Below are positions 18,487-27,410 of a stretch of 64,000 bases of DNA, one piece after another. Source of the stretch: a virus. The stretch is taken from the IMG/VR virus record IMGVR_UViG_3300014913_001094, positions 1 through 64,000 of that record, one strand, 5' to 3'. The notes beneath the pieces are model-generated. The model saw only the letters and a program-made list of their open reading frames with translations, was not told the DNA's origin and searched no databases. Each line of letters starts with the position of its first letter. Positions within the stretch are counted from its first letter, which is position 1. Made by a program: the position numbers and the translations under genes.

Positions 18487-19960
18487 AACTGCTCAAAACG
18501 AACATCACACATTGACTGTCAAAAAGGCTACTCAGCTTTATGTCATAGGTGGTGTTGGAGAAGCAGAAGATGATGATGATCGACTTCTTTTTTGGTATGC
18601 AATACGTAAATATCCCACTATGTCAAGAGAGATGAAGAGGGAAACCGATACCCAGAGTTTAACTGAGTATATACAAAAGAATCGCCCAGAATGGACTGAA
18701 GGTGAAGAGCCACCGCTCGGTTATGTAGAGTTTTATAAAACTTTACCAGAGCAATTTGGTGAAGGCTCGTCTGAAAGTGCTAGTAAAAATAAGGTTCCAG
18801 GTAAAACTACAATAATTGTGCCACCAACTCCTATTGAAAATTTTAAAGAGCCAACTGGAGATATAAAAAGTGACACACAAGCCGTAATTGAGATTATTAA
18901 AAGAATACGCCAGTTAATTTGGGACTTCCCTGTACAAGGAATTTTTACAGACAATGCAGGATTTCAAGGACAACAACTACGTGATTATATAGGTCAGAAT
19001 TTAATAGCGAGTAGTAAGCATATGACCAAAAAAGCACAACAATCTTTTAAAATTAAGCCAAAAACAGTTCGTTATATTTCTGTTGACACTGGAGAAGTCT
19101 TTTCTAGTGAACAAGCAGTACAAAATGCAATACAAGACCATGTTGATCAGCAGTCCCCGATGGCTGCTGCTGCGTCTAACAATAGAGGAGGAAAAATGAA
19201 AAAAGTGATTGCAGAACTTCTCTCAATTGCTGATTCTCTCGATGAAGCTGGTGCACATGCAGAGGCAGACGAGATTATGACAATTCTTACAGAATTAAAG
19301 TCTGAGGATGATGTAGAGCAAGTAGAAGTAGAAGAGACAGTAGGTGATCAAACACTTCAAGCAAAGAGTGTAATTCAGACTTTAGTCCGAGTTGCTGATT
19401 CGCTTGATGCAAAAGGTGCCACAAAAGAAGCTCAGATTGCAGATAATCTTTTACAAGATATGCAAACAGCTCTTCCACAAGCTTTTACGCCTTTTAGTCA
19501 ACTTGAAACTCCAATTCAAGAGGCTCCAGCTTCAGAGATTGAAGTCCCAGCTCAAGAAGAGGTAATAGTTGAAGAACCTAAAATGACTACCTTTGATCAG
19601 CTTGAAGAGATTATTGAAGAGGAACAAGCTGAGCCAGTAGTTGAAGAGACACCAGCTGAGCCAGTAGTTGAAGAGACACCAGCTGAGCCAGTAGTTGAAG
19701 CTGAACCACAAGAGCCTGTTGAGCCTACTATAGAAGGCGTTGTTGAGCCCGAAGTAGAACATGATGTTTTGACTCTCGAGCAGTTCCAAGAGGTAATTGA
19801 TGGTATGAAATATCGCTTTTCTCAAGGGAAACAGCGTGTACAGTATGAAAAGATTATGGAACAAGCTGAACGAGCAGCAGAATATAAGCGTGCCTATGAA
19901 GAGTGGCTCACGTCTGCACACGAGATGTTTGGTGATACTCCAATTAGACTAGATGTATAA
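18470..19960 (+). CDS. Hypothetical head-module protein with two helical tags and an acidic repeat linker
   Basis: Likely start MKKKIKTAQ; LLSIADSLDEAGAHAEADEI and LVRVADSLDAKGATKEAQIAD. Confidence 0.75.
   Translation: MKKKIKTAQNEHHTLTVKKATQLYVIGGVGEAEDDDDRLLFWYAIRKYPTMSREMKRETDTQSLTEYIQKNRPEWTEGEEPPLGYVEFYKTLPEQFGEGSSESASKNKVPGKTTIIVPPTPIENFKEPTGDIKSDTQAVIEIIKRIRQLIWDFPVQGIFTDNAGFQGQQLRDYIGQNLIASSKHMTKKAQQSFKIKPKTVRYISVDTGEVFSSEQAVQNAIQDHVDQQSPMAAAASNNRGGKMKKVIAELLSIADSLDEAGAHAEADEIMTILTELKSEDDVEQVEVEETVGDQTLQAKSVIQTLVRVADSLDAKGATKEAQIADNLLQDMQTALPQAFTPFSQLETPIQEAPASEIEVPAQEEVIVEEPKMTTFDQLEEIIEEEQAEPVVEETPAEPVVEETPAEPVVEAEPQEPVEPTIEGVVEPEVEHDVLTLEQFQEVIDGMKYRFSQGKQRVQYEKIMEQAERAAEYKRAYEEWLTSAHEMFGDTPIRLDV
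19627..19700 (+). repeat. 27-bp coding tandem repeat (AEPVVEETP), about 2.7 copies
   Basis: AGCTGAGCCAGTAGTTGAAGAGACACC at 19627 and 19654, partial copy at 19681. Confidence 0.9.
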
Positions 19961-19971
19961 TAAAAATATTT

Positions 19972-20000
19972 AAATGTATCGATATTTTTAGCTAAAAATG
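19972..20000 (+). promoter_or_regulatory. Putative phage late promoter, copy 2
   Basis: AAATGTATCGATATTTTTAGCTAAAAATG upstream of the protease/scaffold gene. Confidence 0.65.
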
Positions 20001-20036
20001 GTAGTCTATCACCCTGGTTTTATACGGAGATAATAT

Positions 20037-23000
20037 ATGTTAAAAAAATATGCAACAGGAGAAGTCGCTATTCAAAGCATTAATGCTGAGATGGCTCTTA
20101 ATTCTGAAGCCAATATGAAGCGCTTCCGTGAGCTAACTGCTGAAATTAAGCGGGTTGCTCCAAAGTCAGATGAGTTTGTATATTTTGTATGTCGAGCAAT
20201 TCACGCAATGGAACACGCAAACCTCGATCCTGTCACACAGCAATTTTCTGGTGATGGACACATTGTTAGACGCGGTGAAGATGGATGTTGTTCTACTTGC
20301 AAGCAAAATATGCAAGATTGGCAAGAAGGTTTATGGCACTCAGAAGCAGGAGTTAAACCTTATATTAATCAGAATGGCGATGCGTTTCCAGAATCGGAAC
20401 TTCTCAAAGAAGTTACATCAGAGGACGGAAAAGAAATAAAGGCATTCGAAACATTTATAGGCCGTGGATTATTTGTAAATCATGCAAGTGATGATGCAGA
20501 GAAAATTCGTGGTATCATCTTAGACGCACAGTGGGACCAGGGGACCAAGGGTGTCGACATTCTTGTAGCGTGTGATAAGGTTGCATATCCTGAATTAGCA
20601 CGTCAGATTGAGATGGGATATTCCAACGATGTTTCTATGGGGACACAAGTTGCCTACAGCTTATGTTCTGATTGTGGAAACAGAGCAGTAACAGAAGATG
20701 ATTATTGCGAACATGTTCGTGCCAGTAAAGGTCTAACAACAGCAGGTTGTGAAGATGTATATGAAATTAATAATGGTTTGAACTTTATAGAAATCAGCGT
20801 CGTATCTAACGGTGCTGATCCAAGAGCGAAGATCAAGACGGTTCTCGCAAAACTTAACGAAACAGTCAACGAAAGAGAAACACGTGCTAATACGTGTGTG
20901 AATCCTATGGAAGCTGAGAGACTTCGTGACGAGATTCGTGATCTGCAAGCACAAATTCAAAAGCTCTCAAAAGAGGCCAGTGAGGGTGTTTGCAATGACG
21001 ATTGCGATGATATAGAAAATGGAGGTGTTTGCACAGACGACTCTCGGAATGATGCAGAACAAATAGAGGCAAGACGTATTAGACGTTATAAGACAGCAAG
21101 AGACCTAGGTTTAGAATTAGAAGCCGATCCTTTGAAAGAGGACGGCGTCATTAATGACAAGAAGGAGTCATCCATGTCAAAAGATCAGGAAAAGAAAGCT
21201 TATTTCCAAGGTGGTGGTGGCTTGAACGATCCTTCTGCAACTCCTTATCAGAGCGAAGATTACACAAGCGTTCGCGATAACGACGACAAGCAGATGATCG
21301 GACAAGGTATGGAACCAGGTTCCGAGGGAATGGCCGGGGACGACGAGTCCGTAAAGCAACAAGTACAACGTGGCAGCATTGAAGAGCGTAGACAAAGACG
21401 TCATGCACTCTTGAATCAAACCAAAGAAGCTTACTTTCAAGGTGGTGGAGACGTTAACGATCCCGCTACTCTTCCGTATGAAAAAGAAGATTACGTAAAA
21501 GTACGTGATACCGAAGATAAGCAGATGGTCGGACAAGGCATGGAGCCGGGTTCTGACGGGATGGCTGGCGACGACGCATCCATTAAAGAACAATTACAGC
21601 GTGCCAAACTTCGCGCTACCTTCCGTAAAAGTGCAAGCCGTGGTAATTCTGCTTGGACTCTTTTTGCAGGTAGCGAACCCTTAATGTCCGTAACTGCTGA
21701 GCAGCTCTATGGTGAAGATCTTGATGTTCCTAATGAGGATAATTCAGAGATCACAAATTGGGAATGGGTTAATAGTAAAGATTACGGTAAGAACTTAATT
21801 CAAGCTGTCAAGCAATTAGGTTTTGATACAGTAAAAGCTCAAATTGAGCGCGCTGCCCAAGCTGAAGAAGGCATGCCACTGATGGACCTCGAAGGGGGTG
21901 AAGATCTCGGTCTTGAGGAAATGGCACCTGAAGAAGGCGAAGGCGAAGAACTTGGCGTTGGTGAACAAATTAGTGCTGCTATTGATACCATTGAAGAAGC
22001 TTCACGTGAGCTTCGTGCTCTTAATGAAGGTGATGAAGCTGATGTAGAGTCACTCGGAACCGAAATGAACCTTAACGATGCTGGTGTTGAGCTCGAAGGT
22101 TTAGGTGAAAATTTGGAAGCTGCTAAAGATGACGAAGGTAGACTAAAGGCCCTTAACGTAGTTGTTAAGGAGGCTCTTGAAGATGCTGATAAAGCTGTCA
22201 AAAAGGCTAAGGCATTAGTGACTGCTAAATCCGCATCAATTCCTTCTTCTCCGAAGATTGAAAAGGTAGCAGCTGAAGATGAAGTAGACGAAGAAGATGT
22301 TGAAGAAGCAAAAGAAGACATCGACGATGCTGAAGAGAAGCTTGACGATGCTGAAGAAGAGCTTAGTGATAGCGAAGATGATGACGATGATGATACATGT
22401 GAAGCAATGTCAGCATCTAAGATTCTTGAGCGCAAAGCTGCTCGTTATAAGCTTGCTTCTGAACTTTATCAGATTACTGATGGTGACATGATTGCTGAAG
22501 CACATCCAGGTGGTGGAACTGATGTCCCAGACGTAGATGGTGATGCACATGTTGAAACTGAGACTGAGCAGCAAGCAGCCGACATGGAAGTTGCTGAGAA
22601 GCAGCCCCGTGGCGAATTAACAGCGCGTCAATCAGCTCGCCGCAAGCTAATTGCAAAGCTTGAAGCTGAAGCTGAGTGTGGTAATTGCACTGGTCCAGAA
22701 GATTGCACAAAAGGTGATGACGAAGAGGACGAAGAAGAAGCTACTGATAAGACAGCTCAAGTTCAAGAGCATCTTACTGAAGTTTTTAGTGAAGCTGAAG
22801 AAGCTGAAGAGAAGCCAGAGATTGATGAAGAACTCAAGCAAGAGTTTGTTCAAAAGTCAACAGCCAATACTCATGAGCTTAAGCTTCGCATGAAACGTGC
22901 TTATCGTATTGCTAATAAGCAAGCTCAACTTGGTCAGATCGAATCTACCGATGAGTCTATTGAAGCTCAAGTAGATCGCCTCACTGATATGGATAGTGAT

Positions 23001-23174
23001 AGTTTTGATGCTCTTGCTAATGTTGTTGACAATACAGAGATTGTCAAGGACGCAAAAGTAACTAAAGCTTTCGTTAAGTCAGCTGGTGCTATACAGTTAG
23101 GTCGCACAAAGCCAGGTTTAGGTAATGGTTCAGAAGATCTTTCTAAAGGTCTTGGAAATCTGCCCTGGAAATAA
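20037..23174 (+). CDS. Prohead maturation protease fused to an acidic coiled-coil scaffolding protein
   Basis: N-terminal NQNGDAF..EL, FVNH, RGIILDA, VSMG...CSDCGN...CEH, FIEISVV..GADPRA protease motifs; long Glu/Asp/Ala-rich C-terminal part. Confidence 0.85.
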   Translation: MLKKYATGEVAIQSINAEMALNSEANMKRFRELTAEIKRVAPKSDEFVYFVCRAIHAMEHANLDPVTQQFSGDGHIVRRGEDGCCSTCKQNMQDWQEGLWHSEAGVKPYINQNGDAFPESELLKEVTSEDGKEIKAFETFIGRGLFVNHASDDAEKIRGIILDAQWDQGTKGVDILVACDKVAYPELARQIEMGYSNDVSMGTQVAYSLCSDCGNRAVTEDDYCEHVRASKGLTTAGCEDVYEINNGLNFIEISVVSNGADPRAKIKTVLAKLNETVNERETRANTCVNPMEAERLRDEIRDLQAQIQKLSKEASEGVCNDDCDDIENGGVCTDDSRNDAEQIEARRIRRYKTARDLGLELEADPLKEDGVINDKKESSMSKDQEKKAYFQGGGGLNDPSATPYQSEDYTSVRDNDDKQMIGQGMEPGSEGMAGDDESVKQQVQRGSIEERRQRRHALLNQTKEAYFQGGGDVNDPATLPYEKEDYVKVRDTEDKQMVGQGMEPGSDGMAGDDASIKEQLQRAKLRATFRKSASRGNSAWTLFAGSEPLMSVTAEQLYGEDLDVPNEDNSEITNWEWVNSKDYGKNLIQAVKQLGFDTVKAQIERAAQAEEGMPLMDLEGGEDLGLEEMAPEEGEGEELGVGEQISAAIDTIEEASRELRALNEGDEADVESLGTEMNLNDAGVELEGLGENLEAAKDDEGRLKALNVVVKEALEDADKAVKKAKALVTAKSASIPSSPKIEKVAAEDEVDEEDVEEAKEDIDDAEEKLDDAEEELSDSEDDDDDDTCEAMSASKILERKAARYKLASELYQITDGDMIAEAHPGGGTDVPDVDGDAHVETETEQQAADMEVAEKQPRGELTARQSARRKLIAKLEAEAECGNCTGPEDCTKGDDEEDEEEATDKTAQVQEHLTEVFSEAEEAEEKPEIDEELKQEFVQKSTANTHELKLRMKRAYRIANKQAQLGQIESTDESIEAQVDRLTDMDSDSFDALANVVDNTEIVKDAKVTKAFVKSAGAIQLGRTKPGLGNGSEDLSKGLGNLPWK

Positions 23175-23200
23175 GGCTAAGTCAGCTATAAGTTGATGAT

Positions 23201-23245
23201 GGTGGTCTCATCGGTCTCCTATGAGACTTGAGACCACCTTTTTTT
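23201..23245 (+). terminator. Intrinsic terminator
   Basis: GGTGGTCTCA...TGAGACCACC stem with inner GTCTC/GAGAC, followed by T7. Confidence 0.85.
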
Positions 23246-23256
23246 ATGAAAGATCA

Positions 23257-23439
23257 ATGATGAAAGTCAATGAGAAAAATTGTATTGAGCAACTTAAAGA
23301 AACATTGAATGTTCTGAGAAATATTTGTGCTTTCTTGCAAAAAGATAAGGCCAAGAATCGTCGGGAAATTGGTAATCTCGATGGTGCAATTCGTAACATC
23401 AATGAAGCAATTCGTTCAAGACAAAAAAATAGAAAATGA
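23257..23439 (+). CDS. Small hypothetical helical protein
   Basis: Start placed at the first ATG after the terminator; 60 aa. Confidence 0.5.
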   Translation: MMKVNEKNCIEQLKETLNVLRNICAFLQKDKAKNRREIGNLDGAIRNINEAIRSRQKNRK

Positions 23440-23446
23440 GCTTGAC

Positions 23447-24169
23447 GTGAACCTTATAAAAATTAAAGCGCAGATAAAGTTAATTCGTCGCCTTCATAGT
23501 TTTGGGCAGCAATTAGTCAATAAGAAGTGCTATGCTGAAGCAACAAATCTTCTTACGTTGATTCAAGACATAGCACAAACGCTGCCTCCTGAATTGGCAC
23601 AACAAATGGTTATGCAGGTAGATCTTTCGCCAATATCCGAAAGTCATGATGCACTAGGGTTACAGATTGTTCTTCCTCAAGGAGCAATTTCCATCGATGA
23701 GCTCCCCCAAGCCTTTGATCAACAACAGACAATCGCAGATAAGGTTGAAGACTTTAAAGGAAGATTGAGTCTTGCTAAGCAAAAAATGTTTATTACTGCA
23801 CAATATCAAATTTCATGTTCATGGTGTAATGATTCTTTGATTGAGTGTGAAATTGAAGAATCACATGGAGTTTGTAGACAGTGTGCTCTCGAAATGTTAG
23901 CAAAAGAGGGTGTTGAACTAACCTCAGTTGAGATAGAAGAGCTTAATAGACTCAGAGAAGAAAAGAAAAAAGATCAAAGTGGCAGTGATGGACATATAAT
24001 TGCTTCCAAGCCAAAAAAGGTGAAAGAAATCGCAGATGCAATCAGAAGAGATGATCCAAAGGTTTCTGATGAAAAGGCTTACAAAATGTCCTGGGAAACT
24101 TACTGTTCCTATGTAAACCCGAGCTATAAAGGGTGTACAGAAAAAGGCAAAAGTAAGAGGAAGAGTTAA
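23447..24169 (+). CDS. Hypothetical protein with degenerate helical tag and CSWC..SHGVCxxC Zn finger (start uncertain)
   Basis: LIRRLHSFGQQLVNKKCYAEATNLL; Zn-finger motif; frame open from 23327. Confidence 0.7.
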   Translation: MNLIKIKAQIKLIRRLHSFGQQLVNKKCYAEATNLLTLIQDIAQTLPPELAQQMVMQVDLSPISESHDALGLQIVLPQGAISIDELPQAFDQQQTIADKVEDFKGRLSLAKQKMFITAQYQISCSWCNDSLIECEIEESHGVCRQCALEMLAKEGVELTSVEIEELNRLREEKKKDQSGSDGHIIASKPKKVKEIADAIRRDDPKVSDEKAYKMSWETYCSYVNPSYKGCTEKGKSKRKS

Positions 24170-24195
24170 TCACTTAGAATAATTAGGAGATAAAG

Positions 24196-24885
24196 ATGGT
24201 TCTACGATTGGTTTATACGTCTGGTGAGATTCATGGCCTTTGGCCCGTGGATCCGTCTATCGAATTTCAGGCTGGTATGATCGGAGCCTTGATTGAGATA
24301 GGTGGAAGTATCTTTGTAACTATTTCCGATGGTTGCACACTACCACCAATTGGAATTATTGATGACGTAAAGACAGAGGCGTTTAGCCGCAACTCAATGG
24401 ATGAGCTCATCTTTATACCTGCAGCAGGAGTCTCAGATGGATATGGTAACTTAGTTAGTACTGTTGATACAATGGGTTTTCTAGAGAATACAAACATCAT
24501 TCCAAATACCTTTGTAGCAACGGTTGATGTTCAACTGAATCCTCGTAATGGTGTTCTTGTTGTTCCAGCTGGTACAGCTCTTAATGTAATTGATCCGACA
24601 GATCCAACAAAAACAGGATTTGAAATTATGGCCTCTTATATGTCTCAGATTCCTGATCTTCCAGGTGAAGACACAACAGCTGGAAGTGGTAAGGTGTCAG
24701 TTCATATATTCAGAGGAATCTTTGCAACTGACCAATTTGACCCAGTGGTCGACTATCCTCTTAATGGGCCAATGTATTGTGGGCGTGATGGAAGATTTAC
24801 AACAGAACCCAACGGTCCTATAATTGCGTTAGTAACCGGTCCACCTAGTGTTCTAATAAATGAACTAGAAGCGCTGTGGCTTTAA
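24196..24885 (+). CDS. Putative capsid decoration/cement protein (paralog of 27856..28440)
   Basis: AGMIG, GIIDD, SGKVS...GIFATDQFD shared with the gene upstream of the MCP; AGGAG RBS. Confidence 0.6.
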   Translation: MVLRLVYTSGEIHGLWPVDPSIEFQAGMIGALIEIGGSIFVTISDGCTLPPIGIIDDVKTEAFSRNSMDELIFIPAAGVSDGYGNLVSTVDTMGFLENTNIIPNTFVATVDVQLNPRNGVLVVPAGTALNVIDPTDPTKTGFEIMASYMSQIPDLPGEDTTAGSGKVSVHIFRGIFATDQFDPVVDYPLNGPMYCGRDGRFTTEPNGPIIALVTGPPSVLINELEALWL

Positions 24886-25208
24886 TGAGTAAAGATGACG
24901 ACAAAAAATCTCTAATTGATATGGCAGACGAGACAGTCTTTATCAAGGCCTCTACTCCTGAAGAGATGGAAGAAGCAAAGCGAGTACTTGAGGTCAGGCT
25001 AAATCATATACTCGCAACACGACGTCAAAAAGAAATAAATGAACGAGATAACCCTAAAATAGAAAAAGCCGTACAAAGTCCAGGTGGTGGAGTTGTTTTA
25101 GGAAGGTTATCCGCAGAAGAGATTAATGCGATTAAAACAAATAACGATGCAGAATTGCGAAGATTAGCAAGAAATCGTGCAAGAAGCATAAGACGACGTA
25201 GAAAGTAA
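24885..25208 (+). CDS. Hypothetical protein with basic C-terminus
   Basis: TAATG coupling to the upstream gene; Arg-rich tail. Confidence 0.7.
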   Translation: MSKDDDKKSLIDMADETVFIKASTPEEMEEAKRVLEVRLNHILATRRQKEINERDNPKIEKAVQSPGGGVVLGRLSAEEINAIKTNNDAELRRLARNRARSIRRRRK

Positions 25209-25217
25209 GGAGGACGT

Positions 25218-25451
25218 ATGGGATTTTTTGACAGGATTCGAGGAAAAAGATTAGCAGTTAAATGGGAAAAGATTACGTATAAGAACATTGAAAAGCTATA
25301 CGAAGAACTCGATGATCAACAGGCAGAAGAGGTCTTTGAAGAATTACAAAGAGTAATCGCTACTAACAATAAGCGAAAAGCTCTTGTAAAAGCAAGTGTT
25401 GCTATCCTTAAAATGGCAGGCAAAATCGGGATTAATATAGCAAAGGCTTAG
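25218..25451 (+). CDS. Small hypothetical protein with an amphipathic C-terminal helix
   Basis: AAGGAGG RBS; 77 aa. Confidence 0.7.
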   Translation: MGFFDRIRGKRLAVKWEKITYKNIEKLYEELDDQQAEEVFEELQRVIATNNKRKALVKASVAILKMAGKIGINIAKA

Positions 25452-25460
25452 GAGTAGAAA

Positions 25461-25682
25461 ATGGTAACAGTAACTAATCAAGCTGAATTTGAAGCTGCAG
25501 TCACAGCTGAAGAAGTAGAAATCACCATAAGTGGTACAGTTAATACATTAACAGTTCCAGTCCATGTGTGCCGATTGGTTATACCAGCCGGATCGAGCGT
25601 AATTGGTGCAATCATTAGTGCCTGTACCGCTGGTACGGCAGAGACATATTACAACGGAGCAGAGCCAGTAGATCCATCTTAA
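25461..25682 (+). CDS. Small hypothetical protein (paralog of 40652..40891)
   Basis: MVTVTNQAEFEAAVTA N-terminus shared with 40652; AGGAG RBS. Confidence 0.75.
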   Translation: MVTVTNQAEFEAAVTAEEVEITISGTVNTLTVPVHVCRLVIPAGSSVIGAIISACTAGTAETYYNGAEPVDPS

Positions 25683-25694
25683 AAGGAGAGAAAA

Positions 25695-26591
25695 ATGGCA
25701 TTATCAGATAATCTAATTGCATACTGGAAGATGGAAGAGACAGGAACAACCACAACTCGTGCCGATTCTGTAGGCTCAGCTGATGCCTCATCCTTTACTG
25801 GAACGGTTGCTGCTGGTCCCTCAACAGGTAAATTGAACAATGGAATGTTTACCAACAATAGTGGATTTCCCTGGGTTCCCAATGGAAGCCTTGGTAGCAT
25901 TACTTCTGATAATTTCTCAGTTGCAGGTTGGTTCAGACATGATAGCTTCAATAGTCTCCCACCAAATGGAACTGGTCCCTTAGCTCTTGGAGGATATAAT
26001 AAAACAGATGGCTGGGGGATATGGTCTGACGGCTCTGCAAATAACTATAATCTTCGAGCAAGACTCCGCAGCAGTGGAGCATCGGTAGTGACAATCTCTT
26101 CTGGAGCTAATCCATGGACAGAGGGTGTTTATAACCATATAGCACTCACTCGTACTCAAAATGGTGCAATGGATCTCTGGTTAAATGGTGTATCTATTGC
26201 AAATACGGCAAATTCAGGGTCAACAAATTTTTCGGCAACAACTGAAGGACTAAAGCTTGGCAGCGGTAGTACTGCATATGGAGATTGGTACATTGACGAA
26301 GTAGGCTACTGGAACACGGGACTATCCTCAGATGATGTTAGTCTTCTCTACAACAGTGGAGCTGGTAACTTTTATGATAATGATAATCCTAATGAATTTG
26401 ACGAAGAAAGTCCACCTCCAATCTGCTGGAACTACACTGCACAGTACAAAAGTTCCACCAAAATGTTTAAACTATCAGGTCCTGGATCTTTCCCAAAAAG
26501 AATCAATATTCCAGGCAACGTAGATATTTCAACTGGCAAAATGATTGATGATGGTCGAGAGATTGATCCTTCAAATTATGAAGTCGAATAA
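25695..26591 (+). CDS. LamG/concanavalin A-like domain virion protein
   Basis: LIAYWKMEE, FSVAGW, YNHIALT..MDLWLNG, IDEVGYWN..LS..DV..LYN. Confidence 0.85.
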   Translation: MALSDNLIAYWKMEETGTTTTRADSVGSADASSFTGTVAAGPSTGKLNNGMFTNNSGFPWVPNGSLGSITSDNFSVAGWFRHDSFNSLPPNGTGPLALGGYNKTDGWGIWSDGSANNYNLRARLRSSGASVVTISSGANPWTEGVYNHIALTRTQNGAMDLWLNGVSIANTANSGSTNFSATTEGLKLGSGSTAYGDWYIDEVGYWNTGLSSDDVSLLYNSGAGNFYDNDNPNEFDEESPPPICWNYTAQYKSSTKMFKLSGPGSFPKRINIPGNVDISTGKMIDDGREIDPSNYEVE

Positions 26592-26612
26592 GACAAAAGA
26601 GAAAGAAGAAAG

Positions 26613-27002
26613 ATGAAAGCAAGACTCCTCACAATGCTGCTACTCGTCACATTCTTTACAGGATGTAGGACGCCACAAGCAGTATTCGACAACATGCAGA
26701 TTGTGCGAGATAACTTTGAAATTCAGAGGGAAATACAGAATTTGCTTCTGGACGCGATTGATGTTAATCCGGATAGTTACGAAAATCCAGAGGACGCATA
26801 TGTAATTGCAGAAGCAATCGCACAACAAAAAATTGACGCACAAGTTCAGTACAGAGAAATAGCCGACGCAGTAAATCGGCTAATCAATTATCTACACGCA
26901 GACACAGAAGTAGATTATATTCTTTCTATTATTTCTTTTCTGAAGAATGATGAGACGATTAAAAAGGTTCTTGAAGAACTTACGCAAGGAGAAGAGAGAT
27001 AA
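26613..27002 (+). CDS. Predicted lipoprotein
   Basis: MKARLLTMLLLVTFFTG-C signal peptide with lipobox-like Cys; helical mature part. Confidence 0.7.
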   Translation: MKARLLTMLLLVTFFTGCRTPQAVFDNMQIVRDNFEIQREIQNLLLDAIDVNPDSYENPEDAYVIAEAIAQQKIDAQVQYREIADAVNRLINYLHADTEVDYILSIISFLKNDETIKKVLEELTQGEER

Positions 27003-27003
27003 T

Positions 27004-27339
27004 ATGAAACACATACATATGATTATATGCACTCTTCTACTGGTTGCAGGGTGCCAGATCCCAACGCAAGTATCAGAAGACATGGGAATTTTACATAAAA
27101 ATAACAATGCAATGTATCAGTTTAATCTTCAGCTTCTTGATGAATTTCCAGTTACAGACGAGGAATCTATCACTAAAAAATTACAATTACGAGACGTAAT
27201 TAATACGGTCTATCATCGCACTAAAAAAGCAATTACACTATTGGCTGAATATTTTGACTCCACACAGTATGTCGATAGTGAATCAGAAGATGAGATGCGT
27301 ACTTTTTTTGAAGAACTTATAGAGAAGGTTAAGAAGTAG
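27004..27339 (+). CDS. Predicted lipoprotein
   Basis: MKHIHMIICTLLLVAG-C lipobox; start moved to ATG 27004. Confidence 0.7.
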   Translation: MKHIHMIICTLLLVAGCQIPTQVSEDMGILHKNNNAMYQFNLQLLDEFPVTDEESITKKLQLRDVINTVYHRTKKAITLLAEYFDSTQYVDSESEDEMRTFFEELIEKVKK

Positions 27340-27371
27340 CCTTTATTTAAAAAAAATAAAATAAAAGTTTC

Positions 27372-27400
27372 GAATGTATTGATTTTTGGGACTTTAGGTA
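27372..27400 (+). promoter_or_regulatory. Putative phage late promoter, copy 3 (downstream half degenerate)
   Basis: GAATGTATTGATTTTT preceded by an A-rich tract, upstream of the decoration/MCP operon. Confidence 0.55.
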
Positions 27401-27410
27401 AGGAATAGCG

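Noticed and set aside
18465-18490. Programmed frameshift joining 18370..18486 to the downstream ORF at the A8 run
   Set aside because: Joining would need a +1 shift rather than the usual -1, and ATG 18470 gives a plausible independent start. A homopolymer error cannot be excluded.
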